Both the position numbers and the translations under genes were made by a program. Positions 51,901-61,520 of a DNA stretch of 64,000 bases are shown here, piece by piece. The notes below the pieces were generated by a model that made no database searches, had not been told where the DNA came from, and was given only the letters and a program-made list of their open reading frames with translations. The stretch comes from Bdellovibrionales bacterium (GTDB lineage: Bacteria > Bdellovibrionota > Bdellovibrionia > Bdellovibrionales > UBA1609): positions 64,001-128,000 of the forward strand of contig CBDHDF010000004.1 in assembly GCA_965261545.1 (NCBI GenBank), given 5' to 3'. Numbering within the stretch: position 1 is the stretch's first letter; every line of letters begins with the position of its first letter.

Positions 51901-52537
51901 GCTAGAAGACCTTAAAGGCAAACTTAAGCGTATTGGCGAGGTGAATTTGTCAGCTATTGATGAATACAATGAGCTTTCTCAACGATATGAATTTCTCTCT
52001 CGTCAGCACGAAGATCTTATAGAAGCCAAAGCTCAGTTGGAGAAGGTTATCGAGCGCATTCAACGTATTTGCAAAAAACGATTTCGAGAAACCTTTCACC
52101 AGGTCAATGAGAGATTTAAGAAAGTATTTCCCACTCTCTTCGGTGGTGGGGAGGCTCAACTGATTCTCATTGAAGACCCTGAAAAAGAAGAATTTGGTGT
52201 CGACATTATGGCAAAACCTCCAGGAAAAAAACTACAAAGTGTCAGTCTTCTTTCGGGAGGAGAAAAGGCTCTCACAGCTGTGTCACTGATTTTTTCTATC
52301 TTTCTTGTAAAGCCCTCTCCATTTTGTCTTCTCGATGAGGTGGATGCGCCCCTAGATGATGCTAATGTATCTCGTTTTAACGACCTTGTTAAAGAAATGG
52401 CCAAAAGGAGCCAGGTGATTGTTGTCACTCATAATAAGCACACAATGAAGGTCAACAACAAGCTCTTTGGTGTGACCATGGAAGAAAGAGGTGTTTCCAA
52501 AATGGTTTCTGTCAATCTCTCTAACGAGGCTATTTAA
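48953..52537 (+). CDS. smc: Chromosome segregation protein SMC
   Basis: GFKSF, GPNGCGKSN, long coiled coils with hinge, LSGGEK, LDEVDAPLD. Confidence 0.97.
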   Translation: MRIRKLDIVGFKSFKDRTVIHFDKGITGVVGPNGCGKSNIVDALIWVMGEMSAKHLRGSSMSDVIFAGAEGYAPLGMAEVSLTLENDGGPFPSKYFRHSEVMVTRRLHRSGETEYLINKEPARLRDIQEIFMDTGAGSKGFSIIEQGRINDMITAKPEQRRVLIEEVAGITKFKVRKNESQRKLASTDQNLVRLQDIINEQKRQLDSLQRQAQRAERYKNLRKDIQDKDMWLTSKKYLKIAEEEKTAKESLEDIRDKEASSTMGLEQRQMELEELKLKVTEKESQLQDLQNIYKKQVDVIRAKENMIRERKFQIEQAHRDKQMASSVLEQYETRKKVLLEGEEQLSNKDVIVRSESETLTTEFEEKNTQYQESHKHIQQLDEELTEGRREMLAVSSALSHLEAKKSALVVQLEQVEQQWTSAGEVAGELKIKEKEFVRHHKKVFDQLEGQRQLQLSIMKDVENFEENARSILRQIEVKREETQGFKDQLNEITSRLYGLENLQDNFEGFEKGVKNIMLWQKQKTDSSFFRPVSEIVEVPQEYEPVMEAALGQQLQVLLSEDKESSLEAIDYLKSQQAGRSSFLYKNKYSSEPRITSEPGITSEPGVKAILSDIAVAPPSYQKQVACLTSGVVVVDSLSTALSLSLRYQGKTFVTMDGDTLSENGILTGGGHRDVESGLLKRRREIKELSMRRDEVAGKLALVQAILKKLEAQEAQVQEELERAQKTHNTQEIQVIGFTKDLERAETEVDNVKEALRKQDKVIDDFQRQVVGYQEKNREISEEVTVASDKKNELEERVEGLSQELNEARSGIASLQTEVTELQVRSASKKQELHGLEHQQKMVKTSLEEVQSQLEKISEESNKSTESLSIHQIEVEKSQVELERLVYESQEAEKVLSLNQGEYEQMDHQMSELNEQVSETIRLTSEYKNQVNEAQLKLEQLRMKGQYLVDQICERYMIDLQENYKKYLDAEAEESRTIETTENELEDLKGKLKRIGEVNLSAIDEYNELSQRYEFLSRQHEDLIEAKAQLEKVIERIQRICKKRFRETFHQVNERFKKVFPTLFGGGEAQLILIEDPEKEEFGVDIMAKPPGKKLQSVSLLSGGEKALTAVSLIFSIFLVKPSPFCLLDEVDAPLDDANVSRFNDLVKEMAKRSQVIVVTHNKHTMKVNNKLFGVTMEERGVSKMVSVNLSNEAI

Positions 52538-52581
52538 GTGATACGACTGTTGGTTACGTTGTTGATTAGGGGAAATGACTG

Positions 52582-55089
52582 TTGAAACATCCATTTGAGG
52601 GCATTGTGGTTAAGGGGGCCCGAGAGCACAATCTAAAGAATATCAACCTACAAATTCCTCGCAATCAAATCACTGTGATCACAGGTCTTAGTGGAAGTGG
52701 TAAGTCAAGTATTGCCTTTGATATCATCTATGCCGAAGGGCAGCGTCGCTATGTGGAAAGTCTTTCTGCCTATGCCAGAAGTTTTCTAGAGCAACTTAAA
52801 AAACCTGACGTGGACTCTATCACAGGGCTTTCTCCCTCTGTTGCTATTGATCAAAAATCTATTAGCAATAATCCAAGATCAACAGTGGGCACAGTGACCG
52901 AAATTTACGATTTTCTCCGCTTGCTTTACGCTCGTGTGGGAATTCCCCATTGCCCCAAGCACCATATAAAGGTTCAAAGCCAAACCCCTCGTCAGATTCT
53001 AGACGATATTTGGAAGCTCCCCCAGGGAACTCCCTTTTCTGTGTTCGCTCCCATGGTGCAGAATAAAAAAGGGGAGTTTCTCGCCGAATTTCAAAAATGG
53101 GCCCAGCGTGGCTTTGTACGAGCAAAAGTTGATGGAAAGTGGCTTTACCTATCTAAGGCCAAAAAACTAATGCGACATCAACTCCACAACATCGATCTCC
53201 TTATAGACCAACTCATTGTTGACGAGAAGTACAAGGAAAGACTGACGGAGAGCCTTCATATCGCTCTTAACTTGTCCAAGGGCACTTTGGTGATTGAGCC
53301 GACTCGTAAAAAAGAAGCCACTAAGATGTACTCCATTCACTCGGCTTGCCCAAAGTGTGGATATAGTTATCCCAAGCTCAATCCCAAAATGTTTAGCTTT
53401 AACAGTCCCATGGGAGCTTGTGAAACCTGTCATGGCTTAGGTCGTTCCATAACAGAGGATGATGATCCATTTATAGAATATGAGGTATGCTCTGACTGCC
53501 AAGGGACAAGGCTTAAAAAATCTGTAAGGCATATCCTATTGGGTGGAAAAGGTATCGCCGATTATGCAGCCATGCCCACCAAAAAACTTATGGAAAGTTT
53601 AAATAAAATTCCATTAAAAGGACGTGACCATATCATTGCTGAAAAAATCATCCAACAAATCATATATCGCTTGGAATATATGGAGCGGGTGGGGACTAGC
53701 TACATTTCTTTGGATCGTCCCATCACCACTTTATCAGGGGGAGAGGTTCAACGCATCCGTCTAGCCACCCAAGTGGGTTCACCTCTGGTGGGAGTTTTAT
53801 ATGTTCTCGATGAGCCCAGTATTGGCTTGCACCCAAGAGACCACCAAAGACTCCTCCAAGTGATTCGAGAAATGAGGGATCGCGGAAATACTATTCTTAT
53901 GGTCGAGCACGACGCAGCCACCATTTTATCTGCCGATCATATTATTGATATTGGACCTGCGGCAGGACGCCTTGGAGGAAATATCATTTTTCAAGGAACT
54001 GTCGGCAATCTTAAAAAACATGAAAAAAGCCTCACAGGACAATACTTATCCCAACGAAAGAAAATTCCCACCCCCATCCAGCGACGCCAGGGCCATGGGG
54101 TGTTTCTCACCATTCGAGGAGCCAAGGGAAATAATCTCAAAAATGTCACCTTAAAAATTCCTCTAGGAACTTTATGTGGTGTCACGGGAGTTTCTGGTAG
54201 TGGCAAAAGTACCTTGATTATCGATACTCTTTACAAAGTTTTAGCAGCCAAGTTGTATGGAGAACGCCATACACCCAAAGAGTACGATCATGTCGAAGGT
54301 TTAGAAAATATCGATAAAGTTATTGAAATAAACCAAAAACCCATTGGAAGGACACCGAGAAGCACCCCCGCTACCTATGTGGGACTTTTTTCAACAATAA
54401 GGGATCTTTACTCTCAGATTCCAGAGGCACAGTTGAGGGGCTATAAGCCAGGACATTTTAGTTTTAATGTTCAGGGGGGACGTTGCGAAGACTGCCAAGG
54501 GGGAGGAATCAAACGAGTGGAAATGCATTTTCTCTCGGATGTTTTTGTGACATGTGACACCTGTCGCGGGCAAAGGTATCATATGGAAACCTTATCTATG
54601 AAGTTTAAAGGTAAGTCCATCGCTGATGTATTGGCGATGACTGTGAATGAAGCCTTTGATTTTTTTAAAAATCATAAACAAATTCACAAAAAATTAGAAA
54701 CTTTACAGAAGGTGGGTCTTGGCTATATAAATCTTGGCCAGAGTTCCACCTCTTTATCGGGAGGAGAGGCCCAAAGGTTGAAACTAAGTCGAGAGTTATC
54801 TAAAAGAAGCACTGGCAAAACCATGTATATTCTAGATGAACCCACCACAGGACTCCATTTTGAAGACATTAGAAAATTAATTGAGCTTTTAAATGATTTA
54901 GTAAAAATGGGAAATACGGTCATTGTCATTGAACACAATATAGATGTTATAAAATCATGTGATCATCTCATTGACCTCGGACTTGAAGGAGGAAGCGAAG
55001 GGGGGGATATTGTAGCTACGGGTACGCCAGAGAAAATCGCTCGTCACAAATGGAGCCTCACAGGGAAATACCTCAAGCCTTGGATATAA
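52582..55089 (+). CDS. uvrA: Excinuclease ABC subunit UvrA
   Basis: GAREHNLKN, GLSGSGKSS, AEGQRRYVESLS, two ABC modules, zinc fingers. Confidence 0.96.
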   Translation: MKHPFEGIVVKGAREHNLKNINLQIPRNQITVITGLSGSGKSSIAFDIIYAEGQRRYVESLSAYARSFLEQLKKPDVDSITGLSPSVAIDQKSISNNPRSTVGTVTEIYDFLRLLYARVGIPHCPKHHIKVQSQTPRQILDDIWKLPQGTPFSVFAPMVQNKKGEFLAEFQKWAQRGFVRAKVDGKWLYLSKAKKLMRHQLHNIDLLIDQLIVDEKYKERLTESLHIALNLSKGTLVIEPTRKKEATKMYSIHSACPKCGYSYPKLNPKMFSFNSPMGACETCHGLGRSITEDDDPFIEYEVCSDCQGTRLKKSVRHILLGGKGIADYAAMPTKKLMESLNKIPLKGRDHIIAEKIIQQIIYRLEYMERVGTSYISLDRPITTLSGGEVQRIRLATQVGSPLVGVLYVLDEPSIGLHPRDHQRLLQVIREMRDRGNTILMVEHDAATILSADHIIDIGPAAGRLGGNIIFQGTVGNLKKHEKSLTGQYLSQRKKIPTPIQRRQGHGVFLTIRGAKGNNLKNVTLKIPLGTLCGVTGVSGSGKSTLIIDTLYKVLAAKLYGERHTPKEYDHVEGLENIDKVIEINQKPIGRTPRSTPATYVGLFSTIRDLYSQIPEAQLRGYKPGHFSFNVQGGRCEDCQGGGIKRVEMHFLSDVFVTCDTCRGQRYHMETLSMKFKGKSIADVLAMTVNEAFDFFKNHKQIHKKLETLQKVGLGYINLGQSSTSLSGGEAQRLKLSRELSKRSTGKTMYILDEPTTGLHFEDIRKLIELLNDLVKMGNTVIVIEHNIDVIKSCDHLIDLGLEGGSEGGDIVATGTPEKIARHKWSLTGKYLKPWI

Positions 55090-55125
55090 TTTTCATAGTC
55101 GAATCTTCGAGGCATAGCACCACTG

Positions 55126-56337
55126 CTAAAGATTTAATCCTCGTCGAATAAATTCTTTTCTGAAATAAGATGTAAATTGAGAATTAAAATTCTTAGAATC
55201 TAAGTCTTCCATTGCGTGAAATGCATCTATAAAAGTGAAACTACCTTGAAGTTGCTTCAGGTGTTCTAAGTAAAAAACACGAAAATCTTCCAATTTCTGA
55301 GGGCTTTGAGTTGAGATTTCCTTAAAGACATTCCACCATATAGATGCATAAAGGGTGGCCATAGGATAAATATATCCACTATCTCCACTGTTAGAAACTT
55401 GGTTGTTAGAATTTTGGTTGCTAGAACCTGAAATTCCTTGATTGTTAGAATCCCCTTGGGCGTTAGAGCATGCATGAAAGGTCTCTAAAACAGAAATATC
55501 TTTACTTTGATTTAAGTCCCTTGAAATTCCACAATCTTCTATACCTGTGAGTTTATTGCTATAGCTCTCTCCAATGGTGGGAGCTTCTGGAAAGAAGGAG
55601 GCTGCAAAAAAGTGAGACAACCCTATGGTAAGAGCTTTGGAACATCCATTTTTGTTAATGCAACACATTTCATCTTCCCCTCGGCAAGCTCTGTGTTGTG
55701 ATGACGAACCCATATAAGCGGCACCTCCACTTGCGTAGTGGATATTGGCGGAGCCAATAAGGCTGAGCAAGATACTGGCGTCGAGACTGCTGTCGTAGGA
55801 ACTGTTGGTATCTTTTCCTAGGTAAATCGTATTGTCCTGAGAGGACCATCCCGTCACAGGAGCTTGAGTAATGATATAAATGCCTTTTCCCTTAAGTGAA
55901 AGCTCTTGGTCTTGAGAAAATTGATTGACTAAAGAAGAGTAATAATAGCTTGTCACTTGAGAAAGTGGCACTCCTTTGTCAAGGGAGTAGGGAAATTCTA
56001 AGAGGCACTTAGTAGCCTCAACTTGCACTCCTGTATAGGAGCGAATACGAAATGTTTCATTTTGTAAAAATTTTGAGCTTCTAGGAGGATCTATGTAAAC
56101 AAGCTTAAGTGCTAAATTTTCATACTCGGAACCAAGCTTTTGGGAAATTGCTTTTTTGGAGTGAACGGAATTCTTATTAATGACATAGGCACTAAGGCCT
56201 CCTCCGTCGGTGCAAAATTGATGGGTCCCTTTATTGTAGCTTCCAAATTTATGAATGGAGCCATCTCCACAGCCCTGGAAAAAGAGAGAACTAAAAGACA
56301 GAAAAAAAACGATAAAGGTTTGCTGTCTTACCCTCAT
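55126..56337 (-). CDS. Lipoprotein with M4/M36 (gluzincin)-like architecture lacking zinc ligands
   Basis: Lipobox FQGC; SLDASILLSLIGSA where (A)LDAxVIxHExGH is expected; KALTIGLSHFFAA where ALNEGxADYF is expected; C-terminal FIRRG; ATGA overlap with the upstream gene. Confidence 0.6.
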   Translation of the reverse strand: MRVRQQTFIVFFLSFSSLFFQGCGDGSIHKFGSYNKGTHQFCTDGGGLSAYVINKNSVHSKKAISQKLGSEYENLALKLVYIDPPRSSKFLQNETFRIRSYTGVQVEATKCLLEFPYSLDKGVPLSQVTSYYYSSLVNQFSQDQELSLKGKGIYIITQAPVTGWSSQDNTIYLGKDTNSSYDSSLDASILLSLIGSANIHYASGGAAYMGSSSQHRACRGEDEMCCINKNGCSKALTIGLSHFFAASFFPEAPTIGESYSNKLTGIEDCGISRDLNQSKDISVLETFHACSNAQGDSNNQGISGSSNQNSNNQVSNSGDSGYIYPMATLYASIWWNVFKEISTQSPQKLEDFRVFYLEHLKQLQGSFTFIDAFHAMEDLDSKNFNSQFTSYFRKEFIRRGLNL

Positions 56338-58211
56338 AGCTCACCTCCACTTTCCAATCTCCGGTTGTGTTGGATTCCTAAGTGACGATCAATTTTTCCA
56401 GGCAATAGATGAGAGGAGGCGCCAGGTTGGTTTAAAAGAATTTCCCACTGACCTTCTTGTGAGCCCTGTGTGGGTTGTGAACCCTGTGTGTTCTGTGAGC
56501 CCTGTGTGGGTTGTGAACCCTGTGTGTTCTGTGAGCCCTGTGTGGGTTGTGAACCCTGTGTGTTCTGTGAACTCTGTGTGGATTGTGAGCCCTGTGTGGT
56601 TTCTTGCTGGCTAAGGACAATGTGTTTGCCGAGACTGGGATAAATATTTTCAATCACAGAGACTCTTTCTCTGAGAGATCTGGCGTTATCAACCTTGTTC
56701 TGCTCTCCAATAGATACGCTTTGCACCTGTAGGTTGGGATTTGAAAAATAAAAAATACGCTGGCAAAATTTTGTGGAGCAATTTGTTGACATGACCGTGC
56801 GAAAAGTTTGTGAAGATGACTTAAAACCAAAAGCATAGGGGTTAAGATGTTTAATCTGAGAGGGATTGCTCCTTTCCCTATCATGACCACAACCTAAATT
56901 ATGCCCTATCTCATGGGCAAAAGTTCCCATGATACAGTTGGCGCCGATGACACTGAGCCCAAGTGCTTTAAAACTGGCAGAAGAAGTCACATTTTTTGCA
57001 AGAAGATAGGCTATGCCACAGACGCCTTTCCTAGACTTCTCTGTGATAAGAGCGACAAGATCGGAGTTGGTTTCATGCCTTCTACGAATAAGCTTATGGT
57101 AAGGGTTATTGGCATCGTAACTTCCTCCTCCATATATAAACTTTTCTACTTCATGCAACTTCTCTAAATTATTTTTAAGAGAATCCGCAGACCTTATATC
57201 TAACTCAATGGCCTCAGTCACATTGATTTGGATTCCTGTTTTAGAGTTCTTATGAGCGGTGCGAGCCCCCGAAACCATAAGATTGAGAAGAGCGAGGGCT
57301 CCCTCAGTCCCTCCTTCGGCTTGCCTGACAAGGTTGGAATATCCTAGAATAATATCTATTTGAGCGGTTGGAGAGCTATCGTTAACAACCTTAGTAGATG
57401 GTGTTTGTTTATAAGTAGGTTTTTTGTTGGATTGGCTTGAATCTTCATTGACTTCCACAGAAGTCTTATTAGATTTTCTAGAAATTTCATTGGATCTCCC
57501 AGAGGATCCCCCAGAGGACCCATTGTACTCTCTGGAAATCTCATCTTCTGGAATTATCACATCATCATTACCATTATTTGATAAATATTTTGTATCAATT
57601 TGACGAATAATATTCTTGCCTTTTGAGAGCTGCTTGATCTCATATATAGCATCTTGTGTATTGATTTGACCAACAACGGTAGATTTATAAAAGGATAAAT
57701 GAATGCTCTCAAAAGAAGAATTCTGACCCGTCCACACAAAATTGTTTCGATTCTTGAAATTGATAGAATGTTGTTTAAAATCTTTCTTGGTTCCTCCTGG
57801 AAGAGACAGACTCAATTTTGTAGGAAGTTCTTGAGGCGAATCAACATGAAACTTTTCTCTATCAATCTTCAAACCAAAAATTTGAACAGTTGCTTCGAGA
57901 GGCTCATGTCTTCTCTCTAGGAAATCTTTTTTTTCTGACTCCTTGAGTGGAAATGTAGTAAAAAGAGGTCGATCTGTTAAGGAGGATCCAACTGATTCAG
58001 CTTTTTCTTCTAAAGATTGTTTATTTGTAAGACTCTTATTATGGGAATCTTTCCTTCGAGACTGAGAAATAGATTGTCTTTTTGACTTCTTCTGGGAAGA
58101 ACCATTGAGAGGATTTGTTCCCAATGTGGAACTACCAGAAGGACGTCTCTGCAAATTCTCTTGAGCTTGTGGGCGACTTTGAATTTGTGAGTCGTCACGA
58201 TTGGAGAACAT
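56334..58211 (-). CDS. Reprolysin-like (M12B) zinc metalloprotease, probably secreted or membrane-anchored
   Basis: HEIGHNLGCGHD, CGIAY, Met-turn FRTVMS, YFSNP; reading frame stays open upstream to 58298. Confidence 0.85.
   Translation of the reverse strand: MFSNRDDSQIQSRPQAQENLQRRPSGSSTLGTNPLNGSSQKKSKRQSISQSRRKDSHNKSLTNKQSLEEKAESVGSSLTDRPLFTTFPLKESEKKDFLERRHEPLEATVQIFGLKIDREKFHVDSPQELPTKLSLSLPGGTKKDFKQHSINFKNRNNFVWTGQNSSFESIHLSFYKSTVVGQINTQDAIYEIKQLSKGKNIIRQIDTKYLSNNGNDDVIIPEDEISREYNGSSGGSSGRSNEISRKSNKTSVEVNEDSSQSNKKPTYKQTPSTKVVNDSSPTAQIDIILGYSNLVRQAEGGTEGALALLNLMVSGARTAHKNSKTGIQINVTEAIELDIRSADSLKNNLEKLHEVEKFIYGGGSYDANNPYHKLIRRRHETNSDLVALITEKSRKGVCGIAYLLAKNVTSSASFKALGLSVIGANCIMGTFAHEIGHNLGCGHDRERSNPSQIKHLNPYAFGFKSSSQTFRTVMSTNCSTKFCQRIFYFSNPNLQVQSVSIGEQNKVDNARSLRERVSVIENIYPSLGKHIVLSQQETTQGSQSTQSSQNTQGSQPTQGSQNTQGSQPTQGSQNTQGSQPTQGSQEGQWEILLNQPGASSHLLPGKIDRHLGIQHNRRLESGGEL
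56458..56601. repeat. 36-bp tandem repeat (3 perfect copies + 1 degenerate; 18-bp subunits) encoding (NTQGSQPTQGSQ)n
   Basis: TGTGAGCCCTGTGTGGGTTGTGAACCCTGTGTGTTC at 56458, 56494, 56530. Confidence 0.92.
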
Positions 58212-58484
58212 ATTAATTAAATAAATTGTTGTGGCAACAAATAATATAGTGAAGAAAAGAATCAGGAGCGATCTATTTATTGAAAAAAATCCGATATCTT
58301 ATCTCCTTACTGTTATATTTATCATACATTATTACTATATAATTTATCGTACATTATTATCTATTACTAAAAGAATTTATGGTGTTTCTTGCCATTACTC
58401 ACATCTTATTTGTATCAATTTAGCCCTAAGAGATAAGGATCTTTAGATGAGAGTCTTCAGATGAAATGATAAGAAAAAGTGTTA

Positions 58485-59990
58485 TTATTTTTTGATTTTA
58501 TTCTTAGTGATTTGTAATTCCTGACTACTAAATAAGATTCTCGAATTTAGATCTAGGACTTGAACACGAAAGGAAAACCCCGGATCTAAGAAAGACCCTA
58601 GATCTACCGATGACTTATTTTTTTCTGAGTAAGTATGGGAATGATCATGAGAGTGAGTACGGGGTGGAACGGGGAGGCGAACAACACGGGAGTGCGATTG
58701 AGTATTAAGATAAAGAAGTGTGTAGGTGTGAATATTGGCAATACCTTTGATTTGACGAGGGTTCGGAGAATTTTTCCAAGGAGAAGGAAAAACATTAGCG
58801 TGAATTCCACTGCTGGTCAATTCGTAGGTGGTGTAACCAAACTCTTCTTTGGGAATCTTCATAAATTCAAAAAGGTGTCGATCTCCACTCACAAACAAAC
58901 TAGGTTTGGGAGAATTAAATATTTTTCTCATCATGGAATCAAAAGATTCTTTTCGATGACCTTCGAAGGATTCAAAGGGTTGATAAGCTCCAAAAAGCTG
59001 ATCTCCGTTGATAATGACATTGCCTTGCGTGTTTCCTTTTCTATGAAGTTGAGTCAAAAGCCATTTTTCCTGCTCGGCGCCCCAGTGGCTACCCTTCCCT
59101 GGAGGATCTCGAAAGCTTCGATTGTCGAGAAAGAAAAATCGGAGATGGAAGGCTCTTAGTACCAATGAAACTCCAGGACCAAGCTCCAAGGTTGGGGGAG
59201 CCTCTAGCGAGGATTTCCCATGGGGCTTTTGGGCGTAGAAGGCTTTAAATATTTTCTTTGACTCTTCTTTATATTGGTATGTTTTGTCACCATTGTTCCA
59301 GCCGTAGTCATGGTCATCCCAGACCGCAAGAGTCGGTATAAGATGAATTGTTCTAAAAATTTCTAATGTATTTCTCGCATCGAGATACCTCTTCCAAAGA
59401 TGTGAGGGAGACACTGGTTTGTTGCGAGGACCCCACATTTTGCCGGTCAATTTATCTGCATAAACATTGTCCCCGATCATAAAAATCATATCTGGTCTTT
59501 GTTTGATAAGGCTTCTCCAGATATCTCTTTGAAGTTTTTCGTATCCATCATCCATGCAAGAGACCACAGCTATTTTAGGGTGAGTGAAATTGATATTTAA
59601 GGACTCAAAATATCGATGATCCAAGAATCTACCGCTGGGGCTTTTTATCAAGAGTTTGTATTTGGTTTCCGGCTTGAGTCCTTGAGCTTCCCATTGGCTA
59701 ACAGTGGTGCCCTCTTTAGACATCTTCCCAATAAGCTTTAAAGGGATATTATTTCGCCCCTCTTTGGCTACGATCTGCATATCTTTTTCAAATGAGGGAG
59801 ATACAATGGAGAACTGAGCTATTGTGGCTGTTGTAAATCCTTGTAAGATTGGTAGTGAACCATGCTCTAAGTGTTGTTTTTTCCAAAGAGAGCAAGTGAG
59901 AAGTCCAAACAGTAATAGGGGGTAGCAAAAAAATATTCCTAAGAGCGACAATCGCCTCTTAGGATATATTAGAATTTTTTTTACGAGCAT
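58485..59990 (-). CDS. phoD: PhoD-like alkaline phosphatase / phosphodiesterase
   Basis: VSC, GDNVYAD, WDDHDYG.N, LDNRSFR, SGDRH; start uncertain (ORF extends to 60071). Confidence 0.85.
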   Translation of the reverse strand: MLVKKILIYPKRRLSLLGIFFCYPLLLFGLLTCSLWKKQHLEHGSLPILQGFTTATIAQFSIVSPSFEKDMQIVAKEGRNNIPLKLIGKMSKEGTTVSQWEAQGLKPETKYKLLIKSPSGRFLDHRYFESLNINFTHPKIAVVSCMDDGYEKLQRDIWRSLIKQRPDMIFMIGDNVYADKLTGKMWGPRNKPVSPSHLWKRYLDARNTLEIFRTIHLIPTLAVWDDHDYGWNNGDKTYQYKEESKKIFKAFYAQKPHGKSSLEAPPTLELGPGVSLVLRAFHLRFFFLDNRSFRDPPGKGSHWGAEQEKWLLTQLHRKGNTQGNVIINGDQLFGAYQPFESFEGHRKESFDSMMRKIFNSPKPSLFVSGDRHLFEFMKIPKEEFGYTTYELTSSGIHANVFPSPWKNSPNPRQIKGIANIHTYTLLYLNTQSHSRVVRLPVPPRTHSHDHSHTYSEKNKSSVDLGSFLDPGFSFRVQVLDLNSRILFSSQELQITKNKIKK

Positions 59991-60110
59991 CAGATGTCTA
60001 TATTTACCACTGTCATCCATATGAGGAAAACTATTGCAAGGCAAATGAAAAGAGTCAAGGAAAGCTACCACTTCCCATAGAGATATATTTTTTGTCGATG
60101 AAGAAACTAC

Positions 60111-60479
60111 TTACTTACATTCGATTTCAGTATTTATATCATTATCGGTAATAAACCCTCTGTAGGTGATATAGAGCCTTTTATCCTTGCAAAGCCTAGA
60201 CCTAGAAAAGTATGCAGGGTAGTTCGTTCCAAAACCAATGGGATCCACTCTCATGTAGGCTCCGTGACAGCTTCGAAAACCACCGCCACCATTGGTGCGC
60301 TTCCATGTTCCGCCGCGTCCATATTTATTGTAGCATTTTGTTGCAACAGTGAATGCGGCCCTATTATCAAAGCGTATATAACCCCAATCAGCCGTATTTT
60401 CTCCATTGTGCCCCAAAGCTATGGTCGATACTAGACTGTAGCTTATAAAAATAACGGTGAAATGAATTAATAGTCTCAT
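60111..60479 (-). CDS. Small secreted hypothetical protein (4 Cys)
   Basis: Strong RBS AAGGAGG, Sec-type signal peptide, 122 aa. Confidence 0.7.
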   Translation of the reverse strand: MRLLIHFTVIFISYSLVSTIALGHNGENTADWGYIRFDNRAAFTVATKCYNKYGRGGTWKRTNGGGGFRSCHGAYMRVDPIGFGTNYPAYFSRSRLCKDKRLYITYRGFITDNDINTEIECK

Positions 60480-60795
60480 GGCTCCCTCCTTTTGTTAATT
60501 TGCTGGCATCATAATCATCGTTTACATATGAATTTATAAACCATGATAATCTGTTAAGTAAAAATAATTTAATGTATAAGAATATATTCTTATACATTAC
60601 TTATGATCAGAACCATTAAGTTGTTTATTGTCAATAAAGGGTGAGGATTCTAGTAAAAAGTAATAAATAAAAGAATAAAAGTTAGGTGAAAATCTCGAGA
60701 GTGTGGTACCTTGTACCAAAGTAGGGGGGGCAGGAAACTCCTCTCCTTCCTAAAAACACGAAAAGAGTCTAAGCAACCTCCTAGAGGAGCCCAAA

Positions 60796-61320
60796 ATGAA
60801 TTTGCTTTGGTTAGATTTTGAGATGACAGGTCTTGATGTGGATAAAGAAGTTATTATTGAGGTGGCGACCATTGTTACGGACTTGAACTTAAACCAAAAA
60901 GAAGAATATCATGCGATCGTCAGGCAGCCACAGCGCTATATAGATAATATGGATGAATGGAACACTCGCCAGCACAGTCAATCGGGTTTGATAGAACAAA
61001 TTCCCTTTGGCAAAGAGCCTGACGATGTGGAAGAGGATCTTTTAAGAATTGTAAGGAAATATATTCCAGACCATGAGCTGGCTATTCTGGCAGGCAATTC
61101 TATTGGTCAAGACCGCTTGTTTATCATGAAACACTTTCGCAAGCTTGCTGAGCGTATTCACTATCGAATTTTGGATGTCACATCTTGGAAGATTATGTTT
61201 ACCTACAAGTATAATGTTACTTATGAAAAAAAGAAAACTCATCGAGCCCTCGAAGATGTACGAGAATCTATTGAAGAACTTCGTACTTTTATGAATTATG
61301 TGAGAAGCGATCCTTTGTAA
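60796..61320 (+). CDS. orn: Oligoribonuclease
   Basis: WLDFEMTGLD, LAGNSIGQDRLF, HYRILDVTS, HRALEDVRESI. Confidence 0.95.
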   Translation: MNLLWLDFEMTGLDVDKEVIIEVATIVTDLNLNQKEEYHAIVRQPQRYIDNMDEWNTRQHSQSGLIEQIPFGKEPDDVEEDLLRIVRKYIPDHELAILAGNSIGQDRLFIMKHFRKLAERIHYRILDVTSWKIMFTYKYNVTYEKKKTHRALEDVRESIEELRTFMNYVRSDPL

Positions 61321-61520
61321 GCTCAGCGTAAACTGGTGCTTGTGGGTGCTTGTGGGTGCTTGAATTCCAGACAATGCTAACTCTGCGCATATAAAATAAA
61401 AGTTTTCTTCAATTGAACTTGACCCTTTAAAAGACTAAGGAGAGAATCCCTAGGTTGCGAACGCTTTCCTTGTATCTATGTGAATTCACTATAACCTCGT
61501 TATCTGTATAGGAGTACAAA

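Noticed and set aside
56458..56601. 36-bp repeats as a CRISPR array
   Set aside because: Repeats are head-to-tail with no spacers, lie in frame within a protease linker, and no cas genes are nearby.
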